64,000 bases of DNA, from positions 21,104 through 85,103 of the forward strand of contig CAYOFG010000002.1 of the NCBI GenBank assembly GCA_964403285.1, given 5' to 3'. Within the stretch, counting starts at the first letter, position 1, and each line of letters starts with the position of its first letter. The notes below the pieces were generated by a model that saw nothing but the letters and a program-made list of their open reading frames with translations, ran no database searches and was not told the origin of the DNA. The position numbers and the translations under genes were made by a program. This DNA comes from an uncultured Clostridia bacterium. GTDB lineage: Bacteria > UBA6262 > WVXT01. Of this stretch, positions 54,791-64,000 are shown in pieces.

Positions 54791-56077
54791 CTATTCTACC
54801 ATTCTATTCAGAATATCCATAAATCGAGGGAATGAGGTATCAATACAGTCCACATCGTTTATGGTAGTCTCACCGTCAGCAATCAGACCGGCAATCGTTA
54901 GTGCCATGGCCATACGGTGGTCACCAAAACTATTAACCGAACTACCTACCAATCTCTTCCCTCCGGAAATCACCATTCCGTCCCTCTTTTCTCTTATCGA
55001 AGCTCCCATTTGCGAGAGTTGGGAAACTACGTTGCCTATGCGATCACTCTCTTTTACTCTCAGCTCCTGAGCATCGCTGATTTCAGTTACGCCCTCAGCT
55101 TGAGTTGCCGCCACAGCCAACACGGGTATTTCGTCCAGGATTCGGGGTATCAACTCGCCTCCTATTTCAGTACTTCTCAGGCCGCTACTTTTTACAGTAA
55201 CGTCAGCCACTGGCTCTCCGCAAAGCTCATGGACATTCTCAATTACAATGTCGGCTCCCATCTTCTTAAGGATATCTATGATGCCCGTGCGCGTGGGATT
55301 AATTCCCACTCCCTTTATCCTGATTTGGGAATTTTGTAAAAGAAGACAGGCAACAATAAAGAAGGCTGCGGAAGAGATATCTCCGGGAATGGTAATCGGT
55401 CTTGCCTCTAATTCCGAGACTCCTTCAATAGATACAGTCCTTCCTTTGGTTTCAACAGGAGCACCTAAGTATTTTAACATCCGTTCTGTATGGTCCCTCG
55501 ACGGGGAAGGTTCGGTTAGCCTCGTCCTCCCCTCAGCATATAGTCCTGCCAGAAGAACACAGGATTTCACCTGGGCACTGGCAACAGGAGAATGGTAATC
55601 GATGGGATGTAATTTCTGCCCCACAATGGTTATGGGTGGATGGTTGTCGTCAGGGCTACTTATCTTTGCTCCCATCTCCTTCAAGGGGAGGATGATTCTT
55701 CTCATGGGTCTCTTCTGGAGAGACTCATCACCGGTCATTGTGGAAGAGAAATCCTGCCCGGCAAGAATTCCGCTAAGAAGTCTTATAGTAGTTCCCGAAT
55801 TGCCGACATCTATAACCTCTTGGGCCGACGACAATCCCTTCAATCCTCGCCCATGTACGGTTAATTCTCCCTCTGAGCGTTCTTTTATTTCTATCCCCAG
55901 CTTGAGAAAAGCGTTTAATGTGTTCCGGCAGTCAAGGCAATCCGAAAATCCCTTAACTCTGGTTTCTCTCCGGGCGATGCTACCCAGCATAATAGCGCGG
56001 TGAGAAATAGATTTGTCTCCGGGTAAGGAAATTTCTCCTTTAACTGTCTTCTTTCTTTTTACCTTTATCTTTTTCAT
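54791..56077 (-). CDS. aroA: 3-phosphoshikimate 1-carboxyvinyltransferase (EPSP synthase)
   Basis: LPGDKSISHRAIMLGSIA and downstream EPSP synthase motifs (…NSGTTIRLL…, …DHRMAMA…). Confidence 0.85.
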   Translation of the reverse strand: MKKIKVKRKKTVKGEISLPGDKSISHRAIMLGSIARRETRVKGFSDCLDCRNTLNAFLKLGIEIKERSEGELTVHGRGLKGLSSAQEVIDVGNSGTTIRLLSGILAGQDFSSTMTGDESLQKRPMRRIILPLKEMGAKISSPDDNHPPITIVGQKLHPIDYHSPVASAQVKSCVLLAGLYAEGRTRLTEPSPSRDHTERMLKYLGAPVETKGRTVSIEGVSELEARPITIPGDISSAAFFIVACLLLQNSQIRIKGVGINPTRTGIIDILKKMGADIVIENVHELCGEPVADVTVKSSGLRSTEIGGELIPRILDEIPVLAVAATQAEGVTEISDAQELRVKESDRIGNVVSQLSQMGASIREKRDGMVISGGKRLVGSSVNSFGDHRMAMALTIAGLIADGETTINDVDCIDTSFPRFMDILNRMVE

Positions 56078-56079
56078 AT

Positions 56080-56979
56080 TTACGACCCGATTAATTTTCT
56101 CCTCGCCAGTCTACCCTTGTCAAACAGGTCTTGAAGCTCTTTTGTCCTTTTCTTCTCAATTGATTTTTTGAATTTTTCCAGATATCTTACCATTGAGTTG
56201 ATGCTTCCTGAAATCGCTTTACTATTAGACAGACAGATATCTATCCACATTTCGGGACTGCTGGCTGCAATTCTGGTCATATCTGAGATACTTCCCGCAA
56301 TGACTCTACTCGCTCGAGGGTCTTCCTTATGAACTTTACCCATAAGACCGGCTAATGTGAACGCCAGCACGTGGGGTAAGTGGCTCGTATAAGCTACGAG
56401 ATAATCGTGTTCCTCGGGTTCAAGCAAAAGAATTCTCGCTCCCATCCTTTTCCAGAGGTTCTTGACTACCTTAACTGCTTTTCCGCCACTCTTATCTCCC
56501 GGAGTCAAAATGCACATGGTGCCTGAGAAGATATCAGCCCTGGCATTTCTGACACCTTGCTTCTCTGAACCCGCCATCGGGTGACCACCAATGAAAGAGA
56601 CCTTCGGCCTTTTCCCCTTACCGGAAGATTTTGCGAGAATCTCCTCGACTTCCTTAACTACATTTTCTTTTGTACTTCCTACATCAGTCACAACGCAGCC
56701 ATCTTTTAAATGGGGTAATATTCTCTTAACGATGAGAGAAATTTTGCCCACAGGCGTAGCAACCATAACTATGTCTGAATCTTTAACCCCTGTTGCAAAA
56801 TCCGTAGTGTAGCTATCGATAGCGCCCAGTCTTTTTGCCTCTTTTAGCTTATGTATATGGCGACCGATTCCTATTACTTGCCGGGCGAGTCTCTTTTTTC
56901 TTAGCGCCAAGCCGAAAGACCCGCCAATCAAACCCACGCCAATTATACTCACCTTAAAAAGTGACAGGTACTTTTTCAT
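56080..56979 (-). CDS. tyrA: prephenate/arogenate dehydrogenase
   Basis: VSIIGVGLIGGSFGLAL Rossmann motif and PDH core (…GGHPMAGSE…). The first 8 codons coincide with a copy of the conserved AAAAAGTACCTGTCAC element. Confidence 0.8.
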   Translation of the reverse strand: MKKYLSLFKVSIIGVGLIGGSFGLALRKKRLARQVIGIGRHIHKLKEAKRLGAIDSYTTDFATGVKDSDIVMVATPVGKISLIVKRILPHLKDGCVVTDVGSTKENVVKEVEEILAKSSGKGKRPKVSFIGGHPMAGSEKQGVRNARADIFSGTMCILTPGDKSGGKAVKVVKNLWKRMGARILLLEPEEHDYLVAYTSHLPHVLAFTLAGLMGKVHKEDPRASRVIAGSISDMTRIAASSPEMWIDICLSNSKAISGSINSMVRYLEKFKKSIEKKRTKELQDLFDKGRLARRKLIGS

Positions 56980-57014
56980 TTCACTGTTCCCAAAAAAGTG
57001 ACAGGTACTTTTTT
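56956..57014 (-). promoter_or_regulatory. two tandem copies of the AAAAAGTACCTGTCACTTTTT element at the tyrA 5' end (one upstream of the ATG, one inside codons 2-8)
   Basis: Copy at 56992-57014 (intergenic, between the DAHP synthase stop and the tyrA ATG) and copy at 56956-56976 (encodes KKYLSLFK). Confidence 0.5.
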
Positions 57015-58026
57015 ATAGATTTCTGCCTATTGTACGGGCAAGCTTCTTTAGTTCTTGCATTAAGCTGGCAAAATTTTCTGGCAGGAGAGACTGTCTTCCG
57101 TCGGATAGGGCGTGTTCCGGGTCGGAATGTACTTCGATAATCAGACCATCGGCTCCGCAAGCAATTGCTGCTTTGGACATCGAACCCACAAAATTGCGCA
57201 CGCCAGTCCCGTGCGAAGGGTCGACAATTACCGGCAGATGGCTCCATGCTTTTATAGCCGGAATTGCGTTTAGATCCAACGTAAACCTGGTGGCGCTCTC
57301 GAAAGTCCTGATTCCACGCTCGCAGAGAATCACGTTTGAATTTCCATTGGTAACAATGTATTCAGCGGACATCAACCATTCTTCGATTGTCGTAGCTATG
57401 CCTCGCTTAAGTAGTATTGGCTTTTTACTTTTGCCCGCTTCTTTCAAAAGCTCGAAATTCTGAACATTGCGGGCTCCAATCTGGATGATGTCTGCATAGC
57501 GGGAAACCAGCTCTACCTGTTCTATATTCATAGCCTCGGTAACTACCAAGAGGCCCGTTGCCTTTTTGGCCTTGGCTAAATACTTCAGTCCTCTCTCCCC
57601 CAATCCCTGAAAGGAATAGGGAGAAGTTCTCGGTTTGAAAGCCCCTCCACGGAGAATCTTTGCTCCTGCCTTCTTCACGCTATTGGCAATAGAGATAAGG
57701 AGGTCTTCCTTCTCCACCGAGCAGGGTCCTGCCATAACCACTATATCTTTTCCACCTATGGAGACATCACCAATCTTAACTATCGTATCTTCTTTCTTAA
57801 ATTCCCTGCTCACCAGCTTGTAAGGTTTAGAAATGGGAGTGATCGACTCCACAGTAAATAACCCTTCAAACACCTCTCTGGCAGCTATAGCGTTCTCACC
57901 AATCACTCCAATTACCGTTCTCTCAGCACCCCTGGAAATATGGGCTCGAAATCCCAACTCTTCTATCTTTTTGACCAACTCTTCAACCCCTTGCTTTGTG
58001 GTCCCTGGTTTCAGTGTTAGGAACAT
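57013..58026 (-). CDS. 3-deoxy-7-phosphoheptulonate (DAHP) synthase, type I-beta with N-terminal ferredoxin-like regulatory domain
   Basis: About 70-aa N-terminal regulatory domain (…[20 protein letters not shown]…) followed by a KDO8PS-like catalytic core (…GARNVQNF…, …LKRG…, …DPSHGTG…). Confidence 0.8.
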   Translation of the reverse strand: MFLTLKPGTTKQGVEELVKKIEELGFRAHISRGAERTVIGVIGENAIAAREVFEGLFTVESITPISKPYKLVSREFKKEDTIVKIGDVSIGGKDIVVMAGPCSVEKEDLLISIANSVKKAGAKILRGGAFKPRTSPYSFQGLGERGLKYLAKAKKATGLLVVTEAMNIEQVELVSRYADIIQIGARNVQNFELLKEAGKSKKPILLKRGIATTIEEWLMSAEYIVTNGNSNVILCERGIRTFESATRFTLDLNAIPAIKAWSHLPVIVDPSHGTGVRNFVGSMSKAAIACGADGLIIEVHSDPEHALSDGRQSLLPENFASLMQELKKLARTIGRNL

Positions 58027-59114
58027 TTGTCCATAACCTCCCTTAGGGCATTAATGAATCGCCTGTTTTGCTGGGGCAGACCTATGGTTACCCTGATAAA
58101 TTCTGGTAAATCGTATTCAACCATAGCTCTCACAATTATTCCCTTCTTCAATAATTTTTTAAACACATTTTGTCCATTACCTACCTTGAGTAGAATATGG
58201 TTAGCCACCGAGGGAACGAATTCAATACCCATCTTCCCCAGATTGTCTTCCATGTGTTTTCTTTCCTTGCCAACTAATTCACGACTCCGCCTAATGTGAG
58301 TCTCATCGGAAAGGCTTGCCTGAGCTGCTATCTGAGCCAGCGAATTGGTATTGAAGGGAGGTCTAATCCTCTCCATAAAGCCAATCAATTCAGATTTCCC
58401 TATTCCATAGCCAATCCGCAAACCTGCCAGACCGTAAATCTTAGAAAAAGTGCGCAACACAATTACCATCTTCCCGCGCTTAATATAAGGAAGAGTCTTA
58501 GGATAATCTTTTCTGGTCACATATTCCCTGTAGGCCTCATCAAATACCACCACTATCTCTTCCGGCAGACCATCCATAAATTTTTCTACTTCCTCTTCTG
58601 TAACATAAGTTCCTGTAGGATTGTTAGGGTTGGCTACAAACACTATTTTCGTCCTTTCCGTTATTGCCTTCTTCATTGCTTCCAGGTCATGGGTAAAATT
58701 TTTCATGGGGACTCTTTTGATCTGACAGCCCATCAGTTCTCCCGCCATCTCGTAGCGAATGAAGGCATGCTTAGAGACCACAATTTCATCAACGGGGTCC
58801 AAAAAAGTTTTCCCGATGATTTCGATTATTTCATCCGTTCCGCTACCAAGGATAATATTTTCTGCCTTCACCCTTAGCCTTCTGGCTAAGACCTTCTTCA
58901 AATAGAAACCACTCCCATCGGGATAAAGGTTCACTCGATTAAGAGACCTCTTCATGGCACTGACTGCCCGAGGGGAAGGCCCTAGAGGATTCTCATTGGA
59001 AGCCAGTTTATCCACTCTGGTAAGACCTAATTCTCTTTTCACTTCCTCGATCGGCTTGCCAGGAAGATAGGGTTGGAAATCTAATACGTTTTTTCTCACA
59101 AGTTTTTCAATCAT
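58017..59114 (-). CDS. hisC: histidinol-phosphate / aromatic aminotransferase (class II PLP)
   Basis: …[12 protein letters not shown]… and …[13 protein letters not shown] (PLP-lysine region); embedded in the aromatic amino-acid operon. Confidence 0.8.
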   Translation of the reverse strand: MIEKLVRKNVLDFQPYLPGKPIEEVKRELGLTRVDKLASNENPLGPSPRAVSAMKRSLNRVNLYPDGSGFYLKKVLARRLRVKAENIILGSGTDEIIEIIGKTFLDPVDEIVVSKHAFIRYEMAGELMGCQIKRVPMKNFTHDLEAMKKAITERTKIVFVANPNNPTGTYVTEEEVEKFMDGLPEEIVVVFDEAYREYVTRKDYPKTLPYIKRGKMVIVLRTFSKIYGLAGLRIGYGIGKSELIGFMERIRPPFNTNSLAQIAAQASLSDETHIRRSRELVGKERKHMEDNLGKMGIEFVPSVANHILLKVGNGQNVFKKLLKKGIIVRAMVEYDLPEFIRVTIGLPQQNRRFINALREVMDKCS

Positions 59115-59132
59115 TTAAAGTTTCCTCCAAAA

Positions 59133-60197
59133 TCACTCGCTTCGTGGATAAGAACCCAATATTTTAAGAAGTAGACATTCTTTTTCTAGTTGCTGCAAAG
59201 CCCGTTTCACATTTTCCTCTTCAACGTGTCCTACGAAGTCGACAAAGAATATATACTCCCAGGCTCGGAGCTTGGTTGGTCTGGACTCTATTTTCGTCAG
59301 GTTAATATTATTTTTCCGAAAAGGAATTAGCATATCGTGAAGCGCCCCCACCCTATCCTTTATGGAGAAAAGAACCGAGGTCTTGTCCTGTCCACTTTTT
59401 CCCGGGAAACTTTTACCTATGACCAGAAAGCGGGTATAATTTTGCACATTATCCTCAATACCTTCGGCAATTATTTTCAAATCGTACAGGGAGGCTGCAA
59501 GCCGGGAAGCTATTGCTCCACTCTCAGAGTCTTTCTCTGCCATCTCCGCTGCCCTGGCAGTGGAAGACGTCTCCACTAATTCGGCATTAGGTAGGTTGTC
59601 TTCAATCCAATTTCTGGACTGAGCAATTGCCTGGGGATGAGAATAGATTCTCTTTATTTCCCCAAGCTCACGTGCCCGGGAAAGAAGATTATGAGATATT
59701 TCCAGAAGTAATTCAGAACAAATCTTCAATTCCGAACCGACGAACATATCCAAAGTATGATTGATTACCCCTTCAGTCGAGTTCTCAATGGGCACGACTC
59801 CGTAATCGGAGCGACCCTTTTCCACCTCGGAGAAAACATCGGCTATACTCTTGGCAGGAATGAAGTCGGCATATTTGCCAAAATTCTTGACTGCTGCTAA
59901 GTGGGTGAAAGTAGCCGGGGGTCCCAGATAAGCTACTCTCAATTTCTTCTGGATAGACCGGGAAACATTCAATATTTCCTGGAAGATTCCTCTCAATGCT
60001 TCACTGGGGAGAGGCCCTTTGTTCTTCTTGAGGAGTCTTTCTACGATCTTCTTTTCCCGATGGGGAGCATAGAATTCCTGTTTTGCCTTTGCTTTCAATT
60101 TTGCAATTTCCCGCACTGCTCTTGTTCTCTGGTTTAACAATTCCAAAATCTTGTTATCTACTTCATCAATTTTTTCCCTTAAATTTTTTAAATCCAT
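59133..60197 (-). CDS. pheA: bifunctional chorismate mutase / prephenate dehydratase
   Basis: N-terminal CM_2 helix pair (LREKIDEVDNKILELLNQRTRAVREIAKLK), PDT domain (VAYLGPPATFTHLAA…TRF) and C-terminal ACT domain. Confidence 0.85.
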   Translation of the reverse strand: MDLKNLREKIDEVDNKILELLNQRTRAVREIAKLKAKAKQEFYAPHREKKIVERLLKKNKGPLPSEALRGIFQEILNVSRSIQKKLRVAYLGPPATFTHLAAVKNFGKYADFIPAKSIADVFSEVEKGRSDYGVVPIENSTEGVINHTLDMFVGSELKICSELLLEISHNLLSRARELGEIKRIYSHPQAIAQSRNWIEDNLPNAELVETSSTARAAEMAEKDSESGAIASRLAASLYDLKIIAEGIEDNVQNYTRFLVIGKSFPGKSGQDKTSVLFSIKDRVGALHDMLIPFRKNNINLTKIESRPTKLRAWEYIFFVDFVGHVEEENVKRALQQLEKECLLLKILGSYPRSE

Positions 60198-60215
60198 GAG
60201 CCATTCCTCCCATCT

Positions 60216-60749
60216 TTATCCGCTTGCCGGTGGTTTTATCTCCTCCAGGCTGGGGATTTCGGATAAATCTTTTAACCCAAAATAGCGCAGGAACTCCTGA
60301 GACGTTGCATATAGAATTGGGCGACCCGGCAACTTTTTCCTTCCTGAAATTCTAACCAATCTTTTTTCTAAAAGTGTCCTCAACACATAGGAAGCATCAA
60401 CGCCCCTTATATTTTCTATTTCTCCCCGCGTAACGGGCTGTTTGTAAGCGACAATCGAGAGCGTCTCCAGAGCAGGCAGTGAGAGTTGAAAAGTAGTCTG
60501 CAATTTATAAAGTTTCCTCACCCAGTTGGAGAATTCGCCCCGGGTACAAATCTGGTATCCCTGGGCAATGTTCAGAACTTGCAGCCCGCTATTTCTTAGC
60601 TCGTATTCTTTTTGCAAATCTTCAATAGCCTCTTTTATCTCGTCGAAGCTTCCGCTTTCCATAATTTCTGCCAGTTTTTCTATACTCAATGGTTTATCAG
60701 AAAAAAATAGAAGGCACTCTATTATGTTTTTTAGTTCTTCTTTTTCCAT
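60216..60749 (-). CDS. scpB: segregation and condensation protein B
   Basis: Two winged-helix repeats typical of ScpB (…IIECLLFFSDKPLSIEKLAEI…, …VAYKQPVTRGEIENIRGV…). Confidence 0.8.
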   Translation of the reverse strand: MEKEELKNIIECLLFFSDKPLSIEKLAEIMESGSFDEIKEAIEDLQKEYELRNSGLQVLNIAQGYQICTRGEFSNWVRKLYKLQTTFQLSLPALETLSIVAYKQPVTRGEIENIRGVDASYVLRTLLEKRLVRISGRKKLPGRPILYATSQEFLRYFGLKDLSEIPSLEEIKPPASG

Positions 60750-60754
60750 TGTCC

Positions 60755-61489
60755 TTATGCCGCCAGTTCCCCTTTTGCCTTGTATATCCTTATATCTGCA
60801 AATGGTCTTGCCTGGCGAGCAAAAACCATTTTCAATCGGACTAATTCTAAAAGGGCTAAGAAAGTCACTATTAGAAGTCTCTTCGTCGTCTGTCCAGAAA
60901 ATATCGCCTCAAAATTGATAAATCTCTTATTTTCCAGAAGGCTCAGGATTTCTTGAATTCGGTCTTCAACCTTGATATCTTCTTGAATTATTTCCCGTAC
61001 TTCTTTTTCCACCCGAAATGCCACTCGCTGGAAGGCATCCATGAGATCAAAAAGTGTAGCTTCAATGGTATAATCTTCGTCCTGGGGAATCAAAGGAAGA
61101 CGCCCGTATATACCCTTTTGAATTACCTCTCTCTCTTTCAATATACTGGCTGCCTCCTTAAATTTCTCATACTCCATGAGTCTGGCTGCCAATGCCGCCC
61201 GGGGATCTTCGAGCTCTTCCTCCTCAACTGTTTCTATGGAGGGAAGTAACATTCTCGATTTTATGTGGATTAAGGTAGAAGCCATTACCAGAAACTCTCC
61301 TGCAAAATCGAGGTTAAGTTTTCTGAAAAGTTTTATGTAGTTTAAATAATCGGCTGTAATCTCTGCTATGGGAATATTGAAGATATCCAGGTCGTTTTTC
61401 TTAACCAGGTGTAACAATAAATCAAGCGGGCCCTCAAATACTTCCAATCTCACCTTGTAATCCGTCCCGCTATCCTTTTTATAATCCAA
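60755..61489 (-). CDS. scpA: segregation and condensation protein A (kleisin)
   Basis: …FEGPLDLLLHLVKKNDLDIFNIPIAEIT… N-terminal ScpA signature. Confidence 0.8.
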   Translation of the reverse strand: MDYKKDSGTDYKVRLEVFEGPLDLLLHLVKKNDLDIFNIPIAEITADYLNYIKLFRKLNLDFAGEFLVMASTLIHIKSRMLLPSIETVEEEELEDPRAALAARLMEYEKFKEAASILKEREVIQKGIYGRLPLIPQDEDYTIEATLFDLMDAFQRVAFRVEKEVREIIQEDIKVEDRIQEILSLLENKRFINFEAIFSGQTTKRLLIVTFLALLELVRLKMVFARQARPFADIRIYKAKGELAA

Positions 61490-62483
61490 TTGCTTCTCTC
61501 ACTTCCTTAAGGGTCTCTTGAGTAATCTTCTGAGCACTGAGACGACCCTGTTCGAGGATCCTGGTGACCTCCTCCGGATTCGCTTCCAAATCTTTCCTCT
61601 TTGCCTGTATCGATTTCAACCTCTCTATTAGAGCTTCGCCCAAAATCTTCTTACAGGCCACGCAGCCTATTTTCCCACTTCTGCAATCAGCAGTTATTGA
61701 ATCCATCTTTGGGGAACTAAAAATCTTATGTAAGCCATATACTGTGCATACGTCGGGATGTCCGGGGTCGTTGGTTCTAATCCGGCTAGGGTCAGTAATC
61801 ATAGATCCTACTTTTTCCCGAATGACCTGCGGAGGATCCGACAGGAAAATGCAATTGTCATAACTTTTACTCATCTTCCGACCATCGGCTCCTAAAAGTT
61901 TTGGCACCTTAGTAAGAAGAGCCTGTGGCTCGGGAAAGATATTCTTATATAAGAAATTGAAACGCCGAGCAATCTCCCGGCACAGTTCCAGATGGGGCAG
62001 TTGGTCCTCACCCACAGGCACAGCGTCTGCTTTGTAGACCAAAATGTCTGCTGCCTGCAGAACAGGGTAACCCAAAAACCCGTAAGTAGAAAGGTTCTTA
62101 TCCTTCAATTCCTGTTGTTGCTGCTTATAAGTAGGGCACCTTTCCAGCCAGCTTAAAGGAATAAACATAGAGAGTAAAAGATGTAGTTCCGCGTGCTCCA
62201 GAACGCGGGACTGCACAAACATTGTACATTTTTTAGGGTTGAGACCTACAGATATCCAATCAATAACCATCTCTTTGATATTGGTTCTAATCTCTGAAGG
62301 GTCTTCGTATTCTGTCGTTAGAGCATGCCAGTCTGCTACCATGTAGAAACATTCATATTCATCCTGCAGTGCTGCCCAATTGGCAAGCGCTCCCACAAGA
62401 TGTCCCACGTGTAACTTTCCGCTGGGACGCATTCCGCTTAAAATTCTTTTCTTCGCCATTTCTAAAATCCCCTTCCTACCCAC
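61479..62483 (-). CDS. trpS: tryptophan--tRNA ligase
   Basis: HIGH-type motif (KLHVGHLVGAL) and KMSKS; 334 aa class-I TrpRS. Confidence 0.85.
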   Translation of the reverse strand: MGRKGILEMAKKRILSGMRPSGKLHVGHLVGALANWAALQDEYECFYMVADWHALTTEYEDPSEIRTNIKEMVIDWISVGLNPKKCTMFVQSRVLEHAELHLLLSMFIPLSWLERCPTYKQQQQELKDKNLSTYGFLGYPVLQAADILVYKADAVPVGEDQLPHLELCREIARRFNFLYKNIFPEPQALLTKVPKLLGADGRKMSKSYDNCIFLSDPPQVIREKVGSMITDPSRIRTNDPGHPDVCTVYGLHKIFSSPKMDSITADCRSGKIGCVACKKILGEALIERLKSIQAKRKDLEANPEEVTRILEQGRLSAQKITQETLKEVREAIGL

Positions 62484-63148
62484 AAAAAGAGTAGACTATA
62501 AAGGAACTGGACGATGGGTATAATTATCGCCCAGAGTAATCCTGTCAAAAGTAAGAAAAAGATAATAATAAAACCGAAAGAACGAATCGCCTCATATTTC
62601 ATAGCTATCTGGGTTGGCAATAATCCCGAGAGAATTTGTGAACCATCCAGTGGGGGAATGGGAAGGAGATTGAAAACTGCAAGTAAAAGATTAATCAGAA
62701 CGCTGAACAGGAGAATTACCATTATGGAATTCTTTATCTCCCCCATAGGTAAGTAACTGAACGTCCAGACCATAAAGGAAGAGGCAATAGCCAATCCTAT
62801 ATTGGAAAGAGGACCGGATGCTCCCACTCTCACCAGATCCGCTCGCAAATTGTTGAAATTGAGCGGATTGATAGGAACAGGCTTAGCCCAACCGATAACG
62901 AATGAGGAACGAGAAATAATTAGAAGGAGAGGAAAAATTATTGTCCCGATAGGATCGATATGTGGTAGGGGATTCAACGTTATTCTTCCGGCATTTCTTG
63001 CGGTATCATCTCCGCAGCGAGAAGCCATCCATGCATGAGCACATTCATGAATAACAATTGCAAAAAAGAAAATAACCAGAGCTACAGGAAGAGGAATCAT
63101 TCGCAAGACAAGAGAAGGATTCCTCACTATCTGTTGAAGCGTAATCAT
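62462..63148 (-). CDS. site-2 protease family zinc metalloprotease (peptidase M50-like)
   Basis: HECAHAW (HExxH) within a TM helix and a downstream NLLPIPPLDG (LDG) motif; multiple TM helices. Confidence 0.7.
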   Translation of the reverse strand: MITLQQIVRNPSLVLRMIPLPVALVIFFFAIVIHECAHAWMASRCGDDTARNAGRITLNPLPHIDPIGTIIFPLLLIISRSSFVIGWAKPVPINPLNFNNLRADLVRVGASGPLSNIGLAIASSFMVWTFSYLPMGEIKNSIMVILLFSVLINLLLAVFNLLPIPPLDGSQILSGLLPTQIAMKYEAIRSFGFIIIFFLLLTGLLWAIIIPIVQFLYSLLFLWVGRGF

Positions 63149-63169
63149 GCACCAATCGGTGAGTTAAAC

Positions 63170-63560
63170 TACACTCACTCGGGTTGTCTCACCTCCTTTC
63201 GCTTTGCTTCAGTCGGTGACCCGCCTGCTCACCGACTCGCAGGCGTCGCTAACACATTCCTCCTTATTCGTCGGAACAGCGGTCCGGTGCGCTCACCATC
63301 TCGCGCCCGCGCCTTTCCCTCGCTTCGCTCGGTCGTTGCTCCTTATTCGTCGCAACCGGCGCCCCTCCTTTCACTTCGCTCAATCCGGCCGGGGTTCTCA
63401 CCATCTCGAACCCGTCGCCAGACTTATCGCTCCTTACTCGTCGCGACGGCGACCCTTTCGCTTTGCTTCAGTCGGTGATCTGCCCCGAGTTACTCTCGGG
63501 ACGTCGCCAGACTTGGCCCGATTTATTCATCGGGACCCTCCTTTATCACGGCGGTTACCA
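63170..63560. repeat. ~400-bp GC-rich intergenic region built from internally repeated sub-motifs; member of dispersed GC-rich repeat family
   Basis: Sub-motifs cctttcgctttgcttcagtcggtga x2, ctccttattcgtcg x3, ctcaccatctcg x2 and cgtcgccagactt x2. The cccgatttattcatcgggacc hairpin is shared with 38610. GC content is far above the flanks. Plus-strand ORFs across it have repeat-driven composition only. Confidence 0.55.
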
Positions 63561-63588
63561 TATTCGTCCTTTTAAATTATTAATTTTA

Positions 63589-64000
63589 TCAATCTTTAGG
63601 GAAATTGTCAATTACAAACTTCGTCTCAGAAGACAGGCTTTTCACAATTCCATCAAGTTTGGCCCAGAGCAATTCCTGCAATATCTTCTTAAATAAGGGA
63701 CCCTGTTTATATCCCATCTTTTTAAGTCTATCGCCAGTAGTACGAATACTCACCTTGCGCATTCTGGTCAGATATTGGTAGATTCTCCTTTCAACCAATC
63801 TACTCCTGGCTTTTAAAACAATAAATACAAGCACTTCTATAGGTAATCCTTGCACCGTTCGATAGAGGAAGCTTGGCTTCAATTCTGATTTTTTGAGCCT
63901 TCTTATGACTTCTATTAAACTCTCTCTTCCCCTGACTATTTTCCTACTCTGTTCCCTGGAGAATCCAAAATTCTTGCAGAGATTTTTCACCTCTAAGATA
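63589..64000 (-). CDS. 3' portion of a gene running off the window (hypothetical; possibly C-terminal region of a tRNA nucleotidyltransferase/poly(A) polymerase-family protein)
   Basis: Open frame continues to the window edge on the minus strand. Basic, helical C-terminal region; assignment is weak. Confidence 0.3.
   Translation of the reverse strand, partial: ILEVKNLCKNFGFSREQSRKIVRGRESLIEVIRRLKKSELKPSFLYRTVQGLPIEVLVFIVLKARSRLVERRIYQYLTRMRKVSIRTTGDRLKKMGYKQGPLFKKILQELLWAKLDGIVKSLSSETKFVIDNFPKD

Noticed and set aside
63035-63575. Plus-strand ORFs of 123-147 aa across the GC-rich intergenic repeat
   Set aside because: Their Arg/Ser/Pro-rich composition is driven purely by the GC-rich repeats. 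They have no RBS or start context, overlap each other in different frames, and are antisense to the flanking operon. Interpreted as repeat or ncRNA sequence, not coding.

Overview
The window spans three parts of a moderately AT-rich bacterial chromosome; no rRNA, CRISPR array, transposase or integrase is visible.

**Polysaccharide locus (1-28150, + strand).** Surface-polysaccharide (EPS/O-antigen-like) locus:
- Export and chain-length genes: Wza-like export protein (5'-truncated), split Wzc (PCP plus BY-kinase-like ATPase), Wzy-like polymerase, Wzx flippase.
- Four GT4 glycosyltransferases and a WbaP-like priming phosphotransferase.
- Sugar-nucleotide enzymes: two SDR epimerase/dehydratases, a nucleotidyltransferase, a UDP-sugar 6-dehydrogenase.
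- An unusual decoration block: AsnB-like amidotransferase, FemAB/GNAT-like protein, 4Fe-4S protein, SAM methyltransferase, PaaK/CapK-like adenylating ligase, Leu/Phe/Val-type amino-acid dehydrogenase.

**Secreted-cargo cassettes (2403-6835 and 28280-35819, + strand).** Embedded in and following the locus are secreted proteins that end in a FlgD-Ig / type-IX-secretion (T9SS)-like C-terminal sorting domain, each followed by a FadL-like outer-membrane beta-barrel (PorV/PorP-SprF-like):
- one 1144-aa protein made of two internal tandem repeat families;
- three right-handed beta-helix (DUF1565-like) proteins;
- one of the barrels carries an extra Ig-like C-terminal domain;
- cassette junctions are duplicated and chimeric.

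**Right half (36134-64000).**
- tRNA-Arg(CCU) and a RelBE-like toxin-antitoxin pair with a near-consensus promoter/operator.
- PHP phosphoesterase, TPR protein, two small OM beta-barrels, GH57 glycoside hydrolase.
- A ~5.3-kb segment (42705-48010) bounded by inverted repeats, containing a duplicated HTH gene flanking an AT-rich methyltransferase-like insert, and cstA.
- A 954-aa peptidase_MA/PD40-propeller/Omp85 fusion.
- A conserved minus-strand block: rpsA-ispH-plsC-cmk-aroA-tyrA-DAHP synthase-hisC-pheA-scpB-scpA-trpS-M50 protease.

**Dispersed repeat families.**
- GGAGTAGCAGAC hairpins.
- GC-rich intergenic repeats.
- An AAAAAGTACCTGTCACTTTTTT element sitting immediately 5' of ribosome-binding sites.
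- An 11-bp-phased CTTAACA x4 array.
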